From: the human T2T-CHM13v2.0 reference genome, Homo sapiens | DNA length: 64,000 nucleotides | Assembly: GCF_009914755.1 (NCBI RefSeq) | Contig: NC_060932.1 | Reading direction: 5' to 3' (one strand) | Shown: positions 12,578-27,366 of the stretch, one piece after another | How the letters are laid out: every line of letters starts with the position of its first letter | Numbering within the stretch: the first letter of the stretch is position 1 | Translations under genes and position numbers: made by a program | Notes under the pieces: generated by a model | Told to the model about the DNA's origin: nothing | The model's input: the letters and a program-made list of their open reading frames with translations, nothing else | Databases searched by the model: none

Positions 12578-14638
12578 TTAAGTACTTTATAATATTGTTT
12601 TAATGGAAAAACACTGCCAGTCTGTTTCTAGGAACACTCATCCTCAGGATAAAAAGAGATATTATAAAGAAAGGGGGGAAAAGTGTCCTATGGTCAGATA
12701 AGTTTGGGAACTCCCTCTTGGTAATTTCTTTATTTGTAAATAACATTTGTTGGGAGAGTATTCACTCCGTGGGTATAGCGTACTTTGGAACACAATGCCC
12801 TGCGGCATTTTTTGAGGTGGCAGAACTGAGTAAGGATACAAGAATCCTTACACAGATGCACTTCTGGAAGTGAGTACAAATAGCCTTGGATTTGTTTTCA
12901 TTCTAGATTTTCTAGGCTACCTTTGGGAGCCTGAGATTGCCAGAATATTGACAAGCTAGAACCATATGATGATTCCTTAATTGGCATGATAGAGCCTATT
13001 GTTGTGTCTCTCCCTGAAGAACATTTGTATCCACCCAAGTGCAAACTCTAGCTGACAACTAACTTTTTATCCACACTATCTGAGTCTATTTTTTCAAAAT
13101 GAACGTAGTATTATTGGAAATATTTGAAATATGCTAATGACTCTATCAGGTTTTTCATGGCCCCAGATGAATCAGAATTTGTAAGATTTTTATTTTCTAG
13201 AAGGAATTTTTATTTTAAAACATTCCATGAACTCTCCCTATTGCCATGTTGGATACGCTTTCTGCACAATTATTTGGGAACAAAGGAAGGGAGACTAATG
13301 GCCCTGGGAAAGGTATCCTATTAAAATCACTGGTCCTCAATATGTTTAGTGAATAATACATCTGCTTGTGAAGCTGTCCAGTCTGAAGCTGTGTTTTAAG
13401 TCTTAAATATTTCCCCCAACATTAAATTTTATTTTTATTAATTTAAATGTTAATGCGTAGATGCTGCTTGCTTCTTTGGTTCTGAATTTTGGTCTTGATG
13501 TTTTATAATTGCACTTATCGATGAAAGTACCTAAACCAGTAGAAGAATTAGAAACTTGAAGAAATTGTGAAGAAGGATTAAAATGGCAGATAGGAGGCAG
13601 GACTAGTTTGCAGCTCCCATTCGAACAGACAGAGCAGTGTTTGGAGACTCACATAGTGAACTTTTGCTCTAAGAACTACCTCAAGAACATATCAGGAAAG
13701 CCAAGAGAATCCACAGACCCTTTGAAGGAACTGGATCACCACTGCAGGCTTCCTGAGATGCCAAAAAAAACTATGAGTCTGTTTGCTTTCTCAAAGGAGA
13801 GGCTCTTGGTCTGGGGCAAGTTCTCAGCCCTAGTTACCTGTTGCCTGGAAATAGATTCAGTGCTGTTATGGGGGCACTGTGGGAGTGAGACCGGCCTTCA
13901 GGATTGCAGGCTGCATGGGAGCAGGGTAAGGCCTGTGACTGCCAGCTTTCCTCCACCTCCCTGGCAACTTGTATGACTCAGTAGAGACAGCCATAATCCC
14001 CCTGGGAATATAACTCCATTGGACTGGGATCCACACCCTCATAGCCCACAGCAGCTGCAGCAAGCCCTGCCAAAGGAGAGGCTGAACTCAGACATGCTTA
14101 CCCCTTCCCCCACCTGGTAGTCTTTCTCTACCTGCCCTGGTAGCCAAAGACAAAGGTCATAATCTTTTGGGAGCTCTATGGCCCTACCTATCACCTGAGA
14201 AACCACTTAACCAAGTGTTCCTAGGGCAACTAGGAACACAGCTGATACACTCTTGTCAGTGCCACCTCCTGGCTGGAGGCCAACCAACACAAAACCAACA
14301 CTCTAAACAAAAACACAACCAAGGACCCTCGCAGAGACGACTTCACTCCCCTGCTAATTCCATCAGAGCAGGTGCTGGCATCCATGGCTGCAAGACCTGA
14401 AGACAGATCACATCACAGGACTCTTTGCAGACACTCTCCAGTACCAGCCTGAAGCCCAGTAGCTCCTCTGGGTGGCTAGACCCAGAAGAGCAAAAACAAT
14501 CACTACAGTTCAGCTCTCAGGAAGCCCCATTCCTAGGGGAAGGGAAAGAACATCACATCAAGGGAGCATCCCGTGGGACAAAAGAATCTGATTAGCAGCC
14601 CTGAATCCCAGACCTTCCCTCTGACCTAGTCTACCCAA

Positions 14639-15639
14639 ATGAGAAGGAACCAGAAAAACATCTGGGTAATATGAGAAAACAAGTTTCTTTTACATCCCCC
14701 AAAAGATGATACCAGTTCACCAGCAATGGATCCAAACCAAGATGAAATCTCCAAATTGCCAGAAATAGAATTCAGAAAGTTGATTATTAAGTTAATCAAG
14801 GAGGCACCAGAGAAAGGTGAAGTCCAACTAAAAGAAATAAAAATTATGGGATATGAAACAAAAAGTCTTCAGTGAAATAGACAGCATAAATGTAAAACAA
14901 TCACAACTTCTAGAAGGCAAGAAATGCAAAATGCACTGGAAAGTCTCAGCAATGGAATGGAACAAGCAGAAGAAAGAAATTCAGAGTTCAAAGACAAGGC
15001 TTTCAAATTAACCTAATCTGTCAAAGACAAAGAAAAAAGAATGAAAAAATTGAACAAAGCCTCCAAGAAGTTTGGGATTATGTTAAACATCCAAACCTAA
15101 AAATAATCGGCGTTCTCAAGGAAGAAGAGAAATCTAAAAGTCTGAAAAACATATTTGTTAGAATCATCAAGGAAAACTTCCCTGGCCTTCCTAGAGATCT
15201 AGACATCCAAATACAAGAAACTCAAAGAACTCCTGGGAAATTCATTGCCAAAAGATCATCACCTAGGCACATAGTCATCAGGTTAACTAAAGTCAAGATA
15301 AAGGAAGGAATCTTAAGAGCTCTGAGGCAAAAGCATCAGGTAACCTATAAAGGGAAAACCCCATCAGATTAACAGCAGATTTCTCAGCAGAAACCCTACC
15401 AGCTAGATGGGATTGGGGTCCTCTTTTTAGCCTCCTTAAACAAAACAATTATCAGCCAAGAATTTTGTATCCAGCAAAACTAAGCTTCATAAATGAAGGA
15501 AAGATAGTCTTTTCCAGACAAACAAATGCTGAGAGAATTCACCACTACCGAGCCAGTACTACAAAAACTGCTAAAAGGAGCTCTAAATCTTGAAACAAAT
15601 CCTTGAAATATACCAAAATAGAATCTCCTTAAAGCATAA
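14639..15639 (+). pseudogene. L1 ORF1p remnant with frameshifts and stops
   Basis: Runs from ATGAGAAGGAACCAGAAA to AAAGCATAA and is collinear with 59987-60996. No intact ORF in the track. Confidence 0.8.
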
Positions 15640-15701
15640 ATCTCACAGAAACTACAGAACAATAACACAGTGGAAAAAAAGGTAATCAGGCAACAAATAG
15701 C

Positions 15702-18700
15702 ATGATGAATAAAATAGTACCTCACATGTCAATACTAACATTGATTGTAAATGGCCTAAATTCTCCACTTAAAAGATAACAGAATGACAGAATGGATAAG
15801 AATGCACCAACCAAGTTTCTGCTGTCTTCAGGAGACTACTCTCACACATAAGGACTCACGTAAACTTAAGATGAAGGGGTGGAAAAAGATACTCCATGCA
15901 AATGGACACCAAAAGCGAGCAGGTGTAGCTATTCTTATACCAGAAAAAACAAACTTTAAATCAACAGCAGTTTAAAAAGATGAAGAGAGACATTATATAA
16001 TGATAAAAGGACTAGTCCAACAGGAAAATATCACAATTCTAAATATATATGCACCTAACACTGGAGATCCCAAATTTATGAAACAATTACTATTAGACCT
16101 AAGTAGTGAGATAGACAGCAACACAATAATATGGGGGACTTTAATACACCACTGATAGCACTAAACAGGTCATCAAGACAGAAAGTCAACAAAGAAAAAC
16201 TCTACCTAAATGATACCCTACAAGTGAACTTAACAGATATTTACATGACATTCTACCCAGCAACTGCAGAATATACATTCTATTCATCAGCACATGGAAC
16301 ATTCTCCTAGACCATATGATAGGCCACAAAACAAGTCTCAGTAAATTTAAGAAAATCAAAATTATATCTAGTACTTTCTCAGACCACAGTGGAATAAAAT
16401 TCGAAATCAACTCCAAGAGGAACCCTTAAAACCATGTAAATACATGGAAATTAAATAATCTGTTCTTGAATGATCATTGGGTCAACAATGAAATCAAGAT
16501 GGAAATTTAAAAATTTTTTGAACTGAATAATAATAGTGACGCAGCCTATCAAAACCTCTGGGATACAGCAAAACTGGTGCTAAGAGGAAAGTTCATAGCA
16601 TTAAATGCCTAAACCAAAAATCTGAAAGAGAACCAATAGACAACCTAAGGTCATGCCTCATGGAGCTGGAGAAACAAGAACAATCGAAACCCAAACCCAG
16701 CAGAAGAAAATGACGAAGATCAGAGCAGAACTAAATGAAATTTAAAAAGAAAAAAGATAAATGAAACAAAAGCTGGTTCTTTGAAAAGATAAATGAAACA
16801 GATAGACCAACGAGATTAACCAAGAAAAGAAGAGAGAAGATACAAATATGCTCAATTAGAAATGAAATGGGAGATATTACAACTGGTACCACAGAAATAC
16901 AAAAGATTATTCAAGGATACTGTGAACACCTTTACACACATAAACTAGAAAATCTAGAGGAGATGGATATATTGAAAGTATACAATCCTCCTAGATTAAA
17001 CCAAGAAGATACAGAATCTCTGAACAGGCAGTGAGATTGAAATGGTAATTAAAAAAAATTCCAAACAAAAAAATTCCAGGACCAGATAGATTCATGGCTG
17101 AATTCTATCAGATGTTCAAAAAAGAACTGGTACCAATTCTACTATTTCAAAGGATAAGGAAATAGAGAATCATCCCTAACTCATTCTATGAAGCCAGTAT
17201 CACCCTAATACCAAAACCAAGGGAGGACATAACAAAAAAAAAAGAGAGAGAGAGAGAAAACTACAGACCAATATCCCTGATGAACGTAGATGCTAAAATC
17301 CTCAACAAAATACTAGCAAACTGAATCCAACAGCATATCAAAAAGATACTTCACCATGATCAAGTGGGTTTCATACTAGGGATGCAGGGTTGATTTAAGA
17401 GACATAAGTCAATAAATATGATACATCACATAAACAGAATTAAAAACAAAAATCACATGATCATCTTAATAGATGCAGAAGAAGCATTTGACAAAATCCA
17501 GCATCGCTTTATGATTAAAACCCTGAGCAAAATTGGCATAGAAGGGACATACCTTGAGGTAATAATAGCCATCTACAACAAACAGATAACATTATACTGA
17601 ATAGGGAAAGTTGAAAGCATTCCCCCTGAGAACTGGAACAAGACAAGGATTCCCATTTTCACCACTTCTATTCAACATAGAATTGGAAGTCCTAGCCAGA
17701 GTCATCAGACAAGAAAAAGATATCAAGTGCATCCCAATCAGTAAAGAGGAAGTCAAACTGTCACTGTTTGCTGATGATATGATTGTATATGTAGAAAACC
17801 CTAAAGACTCATCCAAAAAGCTCCTAAAACTAGCAAATGAATTCAGCAAAGGTTCAGGATACAAAATTAATGTACACAAATCACTAGCTCTTCTATATAC
17901 CAACAGCAACCAAGCTGAGAATCAAATTAAGAACTCAACCCCTTTCACAATAGCTGACAAAAAAAAAAAAAAAAAAAAAAACCTTAGGATTATACCTAAC
18001 CAAGGACGTGAAAGACCTCTACGAGTAAAACTAAAAAGCTCTGCTGAAAGAAATCATAGATGACACAAGCAAATGGAAACACATCCCATGCTCATGGATG
18101 GGTAGCATCAATATTATGAAAATGACCATACTGCCAAAAGCAATCTACAAATTCATTGCAATTCCCATCAAAATACCACCATCATTCTTCAAGAAGTAGA
18201 AAAAACATCCTAAAATTAATATGGAACCAAAAAAGAGCCCGCATAGCCAAAGCAAGACCAAGCAAAAAGAACAAATCTGGAAGCATCACATTACCCTACT
18301 TCAAACTAAACTATAAGGCCTTAGACACCAAAACAGCATGGTACTGGTATAAAAATAGGCATATAGACCAATGGAAGAGAAGAAAGAACCCAGAAATAAA
18401 GCCAAATACTTACAGCCAACTGATCTTTGACAAAGCAAACAAAAACATAAAGTGGAGAAAAGACGCCTATTCAATAAATGGTGCTGGGATAATTGGCAAG
18501 CCACATGTAGGAGAATGAAACTGGATCCTCATCTCTTACCTTACATAAAAATTAACTCAAGATGGAACAAAAACTTAAATCTAAGACCTGAAACCACACA
18601 GATTCTAGAAGATAAAATTGGAAAAAGTCTTCTAGACATTGGCTTAGGCAAAGACTTCATGACCAGGAACCCAAAAGCAAATGCAACAAAAACAAAGATA

Positions 18701-19477
18701 GACATATGGGACTCAATTAAACTAAAAAGCTTCTGCACAACAAAAGAAATCATCAGCAGAGTTAACAGATAACCACAGAGTGGGAGAAAATCTTTACAAT
18801 CTATACATCTTACAAAGGACTAATATCCAGAATCTAAGAACTCAAATAAGCAAGAGAATAACAAATAATCCCATCAAAAAAGGGCTAAGGACATGAATAG
18901 ACAATTCTCAAAAGAAGATATACAAATGGCCAACAAGCGTATGGAAGAATGCTCAACATCACTAATAATGAGGGAAATGCAAATCAAAAACACAATGCAA
19001 TACCACCTCACACCTGCAAGAATATCCGTAATCAAAAAAAAAAAAAAATAGATGTTGGCAGGGATGCAGTAAAAAGGGAACACTTTTACACTGATGGTGG
19101 GAATGTAAACTGGTACAAGCACTGCGGAAAACAGTGTGGATAATCTTTAAAGAACTGAAAGCAGATCTACATTTAATCCAGCCATCTCACTACTAGGTAT
19201 CTACCCAGAGGAAAAGAAGTCAGTATATGAAAAAGATGCTTGCCCACTCATGTTTATAGCAGCATGATTTGCAATTGCAAAACCATGGAAGCAGCCCAAA
19301 TGACCATCAATCAATGATGGGTATATATATATCATGGAATATTACTCAGCCACAAAAAGGAACAAAATAATGGCATTCACAGCAACCTGGATGTAATTGC
19401 AGACCATCATTCTAAATGAATTAACTCAGGAATGGAAAATCAAACATCGTATGTTCTCATCCACATGTGGGAGCTAA
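15702..19477 (+). pseudogene. L1 ORF2p remnant (endonuclease/reverse transcriptase), disrupted
   Basis: ORF-track fragments give L1 peptides: [34 protein letters not shown] (FADD at 17767-17778), [15 protein letters not shown]. Confidence 0.9.
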
Positions 19478-21727
19478 GCTATGAGGATGCAAATGCATAA
19501 GAATGATACATTGGACTTTGGGGACTCAAGGGAAAGGATGGGGGACAGCAAAGGATAAAAGACTGCACATTGGGTGCAGTGTATACTTCTCAGTTGATGA
19601 GTGCACCAGAATCTCAGAAATTACCACTAAATAACTTACTCATGTAACCAAACACCACCTGTTCCCCAAAAACCTATTGAAATAAAAAAAAATTTTTTAA
19701 AAGAATTTGTTCCTTTCCTTTTTTTAATTACATGTAAAACTAGGTTTATGGCCATGGGGCATCTGTGACTCCTCCTCTTTTTCTTTAGAGATGATCTTCT
19801 CATTTTTTATTCTGATATGTTATTTCCTCTAGCGGCAACTTATGTTAGTGAATGGCTTTTCTGTAAGACCCATGGCAGATACATATTTTTTTTTCTGCTG
19901 GGAATTGCTGAGAGCTTTTCCTAAGGTTTGAACACATTTAGAAGCTTCACTAACACACTCAACAACCTTATGTCTCATCAGTTTACATAGACATTTCTAC
20001 TAGGATGTGTAAAAAGACAAATTGTGTGTAAATTGATTTGCAAAATACATCTGTGAGATAAAGCAAGATTTGTTTACAATGAGTCACTTAGAATGTGGTC
20101 TACCTTTTAGTCTGGATTTGGTATGAGAGATTCCATAGTCATTTTAGAGCCTTAGGCTACATGAATATTGCTGTTGTTATTGTATCATTTAGTTAGAATA
20201 TACAATTTCTGTGCAAAAGTAGACACCACCCAGGGTATACAGCATAATAATGACCAGTTCTTTTCTATCTGACAGTCTGGAAGGGTGGCAGATGAATGCT
20301 ATGAGAGGGCCCCCTTTTCTACAGCATGCTTAGCTTCCTCCCCGATGTATGCTTTGATTTGGCCTTAGAAAGTGAAGGCATGTGGTTGTAAAGGAAGCGG
20401 AAGCTTAAGAAATTGGTATCATTTATCCTGGAGAATAAGGGCCATAGAAAATCTTACTAATGGTATCCTTAGTGCCCCAGTGGATTTCCTCCCACCCAAG
20501 AATGGAATACATACAAATCCATGGTAGGGCTGTCTGGAAAACCTAGGCTACCTTATTGCAATGGTATCATCACTGTATCACACACTTGGCTCACAAGGAG
20601 ACGTCTTATTTCAATAAGAAGCTTTGACTGCCCACTTCATGTCAGGCAAATAATATGGACAGGACACAGTTCCTTGCGTCAAGGAGCTCATAGTCAGGCA
20701 ACAATGGCTTCACATGGATAGAGGCATTTAAACCAGGCCTTGAAAAGTTAGGAAGTGGTAAAAAAAAAAAAGAACAAATTAGAACTCATGAAAGTACATA
20801 GTTTGAGGAGTAGAAGATGTCTTCATAAATCTAGAGTAATGGGTGAGTGAGGAGGGGGTGGGAAACGAGTAAAGTGAAGGATGAGAGTTTGTGAAGGGTA
20901 CTGGATGCAAAGCTAAAGGTTGGAGTTGGTGCTATAGGCAGCAGGCACCACTGAGGATTTTAAGCATGATAGGACTTCTTTCTAAAATAGGGATATCACA
21001 TTGACTATTTTAACTGCTAAAGTACTATGATAAATAGAATAGAGATACAGAAAAACAGAGTAGGGAGATCCCAGTTATACTGAGCCTAGAGAACTACAGC
21101 TTTGGAGTTGCTTAGCAAATTTTATTTGCTGTGGTGGATGAGCCAGCTTCTACTTCTCTATGTTAAATATACCAAAGAGGAAGTGATGGGGTTTCCAGGG
21201 ATGCTGTGTTCTTCGCCTACACGCTTCTCTGCATCATGCTAATGCTGCATTTTGCAAAAGCTGTGGTTTACCCAGCTTCCAATGAATTTTGTTCCAGTAA
21301 ACTTGCCTAAAAACAGAAGTCTGCAAAAAATAAGAAAATATGCTATGAACATCTGATCGGACCTTTATGGTTAACTGGGTTTTTTTAATTGCCGTGGAAC
21401 GTAAGGGTTTAGTTAGTCTATTCTTAGGCTCCTCGACTCCTGCAAACATTCTCAAAAATAAGCACTAGGAAAAGAACGTTTCTACTGGGTATGTGACAGG
21501 ATAAAGAAAGTATTGAGGGAAGTTGATTATTATAAGAGTACTTATTTATAATCCTGCTCGTGCCCTCCTCATATTAGATAATCATTATCGATGAGCTGAT
21601 GCTTGGCCCATGTGCTTGCCTGACACTAGCATTTTCAGACTACATGTGACCCAGATCTCACTGATTTTTCAACCTTTAAGTCCTCCTTTCTTAATCCTTA
21701 AATAATTCAAAATCTCTAGGTAAGTGA

Positions 21728-22280
<553 letters not shown>

Positions 22281-24056
22281 ATCAGATTCTAATTGCCAAA
22301 ACAGCAGGTTGGATGTTCCAGGAGAGGTTATAATCCCAGTATCAACTCTCAGCTCTCGAGTCTTCATGTCTGTATCCCATTGCAAAGTTCAGCTTGGTCA
22401 GGGGAATCCTCACAGTGAGGAGGCCCTCATAATAAAGCCCACATGTGAGTTTGGCCTGGATAAGTTAACTCACAAACCTTCACCCCAGTGTAGCCACCAT
22501 CCATGAGTATACATGAGGCTAGTGTATAAGGCTAATTCTCTCCTCACTGTTGTAGTGAAGAGCACTTAATAGATGTGTCATAAATGTTATGCAGACTTAA
22601 CACTCTGAGGACATGGGGATGCACAGATCATTTTTCCCATCCCTTTTGCTCTCTCTGTGATGTCCTTAACCTAAATAACAGTGTGTAGAGAAAAATTTAT
22701 AATATTCCTGAGGAAAAGAATAGTAGAAACAGTAAATAGCTGTTAAGGTCAATATAATTTACTACAAAATAAGTTGTTTGAGATACAGAAAAAAATCAAG
22801 GCAGAGAAAACACAACCAAATCTAGTGCTTACTATTTACAATTTACCCTGGGGCCTGAATTTTCAAGAAATCTTTCTGTTTTTTAATATAGTCACAACAC
22901 CACAATTTTTAAGCATTTTCAGAAGATCCTCATGCATAAAAAACCAAGGATGGTGACCACTGATGCTTGTATTATTTTCCTTTCTCTGAAATAATGGCAT
23001 CTTTTAAAAGGAATATATTTAAAATGTAATTGAAATTATTGAGTTGTTGCTCTGATTAATGTATGTGGGAAAATAGAAGTCAGGAAATGTTTCAAAAGCT
23101 ATATTTCTGTTCTCATCGCCAATCACCATAGACCCTAGATCCATTTAGCCATCCCATATTCACTTGTTTTAGGCAGGATGTTAGAATAAAGAAATATTTT
23201 ATGAAGTGCTTCATACTGGAATTTACTCCTTTTCTGAAAGAGGGAAGTGTGAATTTATCTTTTATAGTGAAATAATTTTACCTGAAGTCATTTCAATGTC
23301 ATTTTTGGTCATAAATGAAGAGTTTGGTAGAGGAATCTTTGAACTAATTACCTTTCTGAAACCTTACAGTATTTTGTTGCAAAAAACAATGGTTAAACTT
23401 ATAAAGCAGAGGTTTTTGGTAAAGATGCAAAACATCTACCTAAGAAAGCCCCATGTCCTATATTTTCATTTTTATAATCTATAAACATTAATTGAACACC
23501 TGGGAGAATGGAGGAGAGAACCAATATTTACCTCCTATGTGACAGTTACTTACCATGATCTTTTTAAATCCTCAAAGCCGCCCTGTAAGGCATGTATTAT
23601 TACCACTGGCAGGTCATTGGGCCTGTCTGGGACTCAGTTCCTTATCAGTAAACTAGATGGTAACATGCTTGCAGGACTGTTATATGGATCAAACATAATC
23701 TAGGAAAAACACATGTCTATTAGAGTTGCAAAGATGGAAAATACATGGCACATGATGTTAAAGAAAACTGTAGTGGCAGTGCTGCTACTAATGGTGATCA
23801 TCTCATGGCTTGAATTGAAACAGAGCACTTTGGTGGAGCAGTGATGTGGGATATAGAGTGACAAGGCAATGTTCATAGTGGTTGTGATAAGGAAGAACTT
23901 CAATAATGTCCTACAGCGTTTTATAACAGAAGCATCATTTTACTAATCACAAATATATAACATTTCCCGATTTTTTTAAATAAAAGAATTGGCAGTGAAT
24001 ACTCTTGCTTTAGGACTTAAATGAAGTAGAGTCAAATAAGATTTCTCATCCAGGTC

Positions 24057-24351
24057 TTTTATTTTTTTTCTTTGATATGGAGTCTTGTCTCCCAGGCTAC
24101 AGTGCAATGGCACATCAGCTCACTGCTGCCTCAAATTCCCTGGCTCAAATGATCCTCCCACCTCGGCCTCCTGAGTAGCTGGGACTACAGGCATGCACCA
24201 CCATACCCGGCTAATTATTAAAATTCTTTTTTATAGAGACAGGGTCTCACTGTGTTGCCCAGGCTGGCCTCAAACTCCTGGACTCAAGCAACCTTCCTGC
24301 CTTGACCTCCCAAAGTGCTGGGATTACAGGTGTGAGCTACTGTACCTGGCC
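24057..24351 (-). mobile_element. AluJ
   Basis: J-type GGCTCAAATGATCCTCCCACCTC. Degenerate TSD TCATCC(AG/CA)GTCTT. Confidence 0.88.
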
Positions 24352-24419
24352 TCATCCCAGTCTTCTTAAATTGATGTGAAGATGGTAGTAGATTATTTCA
24401 GATTTTAGGATGAACTAAT

Positions 24420-24560
24420 AATAGCAGTTAGCATGCTTGAACAGACTGTATCTAGTTCTGAGCTAAATGCTGGATATGTGATTCTCATTGAGTCCAGGAG
24501 GTAGGAACCACTATTACTCCTTTGACAGATGAAGGGACTAAGACTGATAATCTCACAACT
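24420..24560 (-). mobile_element. MIR fragment
   Basis: ATTACTCCTTTGACAGATGAAGGGACTAAGACT is antisense MIR core. Confidence 0.6.
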
Positions 24561-25998
24561 TGCAAAACTAGAAAATCTCATATTTCTTTTTTGTAAGGTT
24601 GTTTTTTATTCTTTGCCCTTTTTTAAACTAAGAAATATTTCAAATATTGAAAAATAACATTGAATATCCTCCACCTAGATTTCATAAATGTTAACGAATC
24701 TGGATATTTGTTTCAGATCCTTAGTTCAGAAGAAATTAAAAGTTACCAATACAGTTGAAACCTGTTTTCTACCTCTCCACAATCCATTTCCTTCTCCCTC
24801 TGCAGATGTAACCAGTGTTCTGAGATTGTTTTAAACTCACTCTAGAATATGTATATAAAAAATGGTATCATATAGTTTTTGTGATTTTGAATTTACATAA
24901 GTGGTATTTTCTTCCATATTCAGGTTTATCCTTTTGTTTATTTCTTCTATCTTTTTGAGGTAAATATTTAGTCTATTAATTTTCAGTCTTTCTTATTTTC
25001 TAATGTATACACTTAAGGCCATGCATTACCCTCTAAGTACTAGTTTAGCTGCATTTTGCAAGTTTGAAATAGTGCCTTAAAGTTTCCAAAATAGAGAGTT
25101 ATTACTGCGTTACTGAGCTCCAATTTTGTTGCATATGAGTTGTAGTGTGGTCTATAGAATACCAACTTTTTGTTATTTATTGAGAGTTAACTTTGGCTCA
25201 TTACTGGTCAATATTTTTTTAAATGATTATATTGACTTGAAAAGAAGATATAGCCTCCCTTTGCTGGGAATAGAGTTCTACATAGTTCATTAGAGCAAAC
25301 TTACTAACTATTCAAAAGTACTGTGTCATTTGAAAGAAGTATATTAAAAGGCCCCATTAGGATTGTGATTTTATAAATTTCTCCTTTAATTTCTATCAGC
25401 TTAGCTCTATGTAGTTTGGGGTTTTATTGCTTTATACAGTTTAGCCAAAAGACCTTCTTTATCCTTAATGATGAATTTTCTCTGCAAGTCTATTTTATCA
25501 AATATTAATATCATAGAACCAATTCTTTTTTGGTTACTTTTTTTTTTTTTTACTATTCCTTTTCTGACTTACCTCGGTTGTTGTGTTTTAGTTGATTCTG
25601 GTATATTTTAAAATATCCAATCTGACAATAGCAGTTAACAGGGAAGTTTGTCATGTTTATTGTGATTACTTACATTTTGTGATTTTCTAACATTTTCTAT
25701 TAAAGTTGCTATTTTGCTCCTTTTTTTCTCCTTGTTTGCTTTCTATTGGATTCAGTGGTTTTTCTTACCCTCTCTCCTCATTTTCTCTCCACTATTTAGA
25801 AACTTATACATTCCCTTTCTTTTTTTTAGTGGTTACTATTAAATATCACATGTATATTTGTCTTAATTAAATAATATAGTAACCACAGATTGCTTCAATA
25901 TATCCCCTTCCATCATATATATTATTGTTGATTAGTGTTTTAGTTATGCCTTGTTTATAAACTGTCCCCAGATTTGTTATAACATGGTCATTATTATC

Positions 25999-26385
25999 TG
26001 CTGTGGTCTGAATGTGTCTCCCAAGTTTCCTATGTTGGAAATGTTGGAAATCCTCAATGCAACAGTGTGGGGAGGTGAAGTCTCTGGGAGCTGTTTAGGT
26101 CATGAGGGATCTGCCCACATGAATGGATTGATGCCATTATAAAAGGGCTGGAAGGAGGGAGTTCACCCCATTTTTCCCTTCTGTCTTCTATGTGAGGACA
26201 GTTTCTCCCCTCTGGAAGATGAATTGTTCAATGTGCCATTTTGGAAGCAGAGACTGGATCTTAACCTACAGTGCCTTGATCTTGAACTTGTCAGGCTTTA
26301 GAACTGTGAGAAAATAAATTCCTGTTCTTTATAAATTACTCAGTCTCAGGAATTATGTTGTGGTAGCACAAAATGGACTAAGACA
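25999..26385 (+). mobile_element. MaLR solo LTR (MST-type)
   Basis: Termini TGCTGTGGTCTGAATGT...GCACAAAATGGACTAAGACA (TG...CA), internal AATAAA, and a 5-bp TSD TTATC/TTATT. Confidence 0.88.
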
Positions 26386-26394
26386 TTATTTGTT

Positions 26395-26570
26395 TGGCTT
26401 TGCCACTTACTGGCTGTATTACTTTGCAAGTTTTTTAGATGTGTGATGCCTAGTTTCCTCATGGATATACTGGGGATCATAATAGTATCTAATTATAGGT
26501 TTATTGTGATAATTAGATGAGCTTCATCAGTTCCTGGCACATAACTGCTCAGTGAATTTCAGCTGTTATG
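26395..26570 (+). mobile_element. MIR fragment
   Basis: TGCCACTTACTGGCTGT...CCTAGTTTCCTCAT...GGGGATCATAATAGTATCT. Confidence 0.65.
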
Positions 26571-27366
26571 ATTTAGTTAGTACTTATTAGATTGTCAACA
26601 TGTTCACTGATATGTTTATGAACTATTATTTCTTTCTCCTGGTTCAGTTACCTTCTTCCTGAAGTAGGACTCATAGTAGTTCCTTTAATAGAGTTCTGTG
26701 AGTAATAAACTATCAGTTTTATTTGAAAACACGTTTACTTTGTTCCATCTTTGAATGATGTTAGTTGAATGTGAAATTGTAGATAGCAGTTATTTTTTTC
26801 CCAGAATTTGGAAGATATTATTTTATTTTTTCTGGCTCTTATAGTTGTTCTTGAGGAATCTAGTTGTATCAGTGATGATCTGCATTTTCACCATGATTTG
26901 TTTAGGGACACTTTAAAAAAATATTTCCTTGCTCTTACTTTTTTTTCTTCTTCAATCTGAGAACTGGGAGCTCTTATGTTTTTTTTTTTAATTCAGTAAT
27001 GTCATAAGCTATTATTGCCTCAAATATTGCCTTCCTGCATTCTATTCTGTCCTTCTGTAATCCATACAGAATAAATCTATCATTTTGTCTCCCATGTCTC
27101 TCAATCTCACTCTCAGGTTTTCCATCTCTTCAACTTGCTTTACAACTTTCTGTGTGATTTTCTCAGGATTCATCCTTTCAATTTATTTCTCTTTGGTTGT
27201 GTTTTTAATTCTATTTAATCCTTCCATTTAGTTTTTTAGCCTGATGCTTGGCATCTGGAGAAGACAAGAACAGGAAAATCAGGACAATGACCTGACTGTG
27301 TCACCCATTGGCATGAAATAATGAGGAAGGGGTGAGGAGAACTATGAAAAGCATGAATGGCATGTT

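Larger units (their letters stand above)
13569..19700 (+). mobile_element. Full-length (~6.1 kb) inactive L1PB (L1PB1-like), sense to CPQ
   Basis: 5' UTR starts AAAATGGCAGATAGGAGGCAGGACTAG, followed by ORF1/ORF2 remnants and the 3' end CACCACCTGTTCCCCAAAAACCTATTGAAATAAAAAAAA. Probable TSD AAGAAATTGT (13559-13568) / AAGAATTTGT (19701-19710). Confidence 0.92.
24600..27240 (-). mobile_element. Old L1M fragments (antisense) with a nested LTR and MIR
   Basis: T-rich antisense L1 ORF2/ORF1 motifs such as CCTCTAAGTACTAGTTTAGCTGCAT, TTGAAAAGAAGATATA, CCAATCTGACAAT and GAATGATGTTAGTTGAATGTGAAATT. Boundaries are approximate. Confidence 0.7.
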
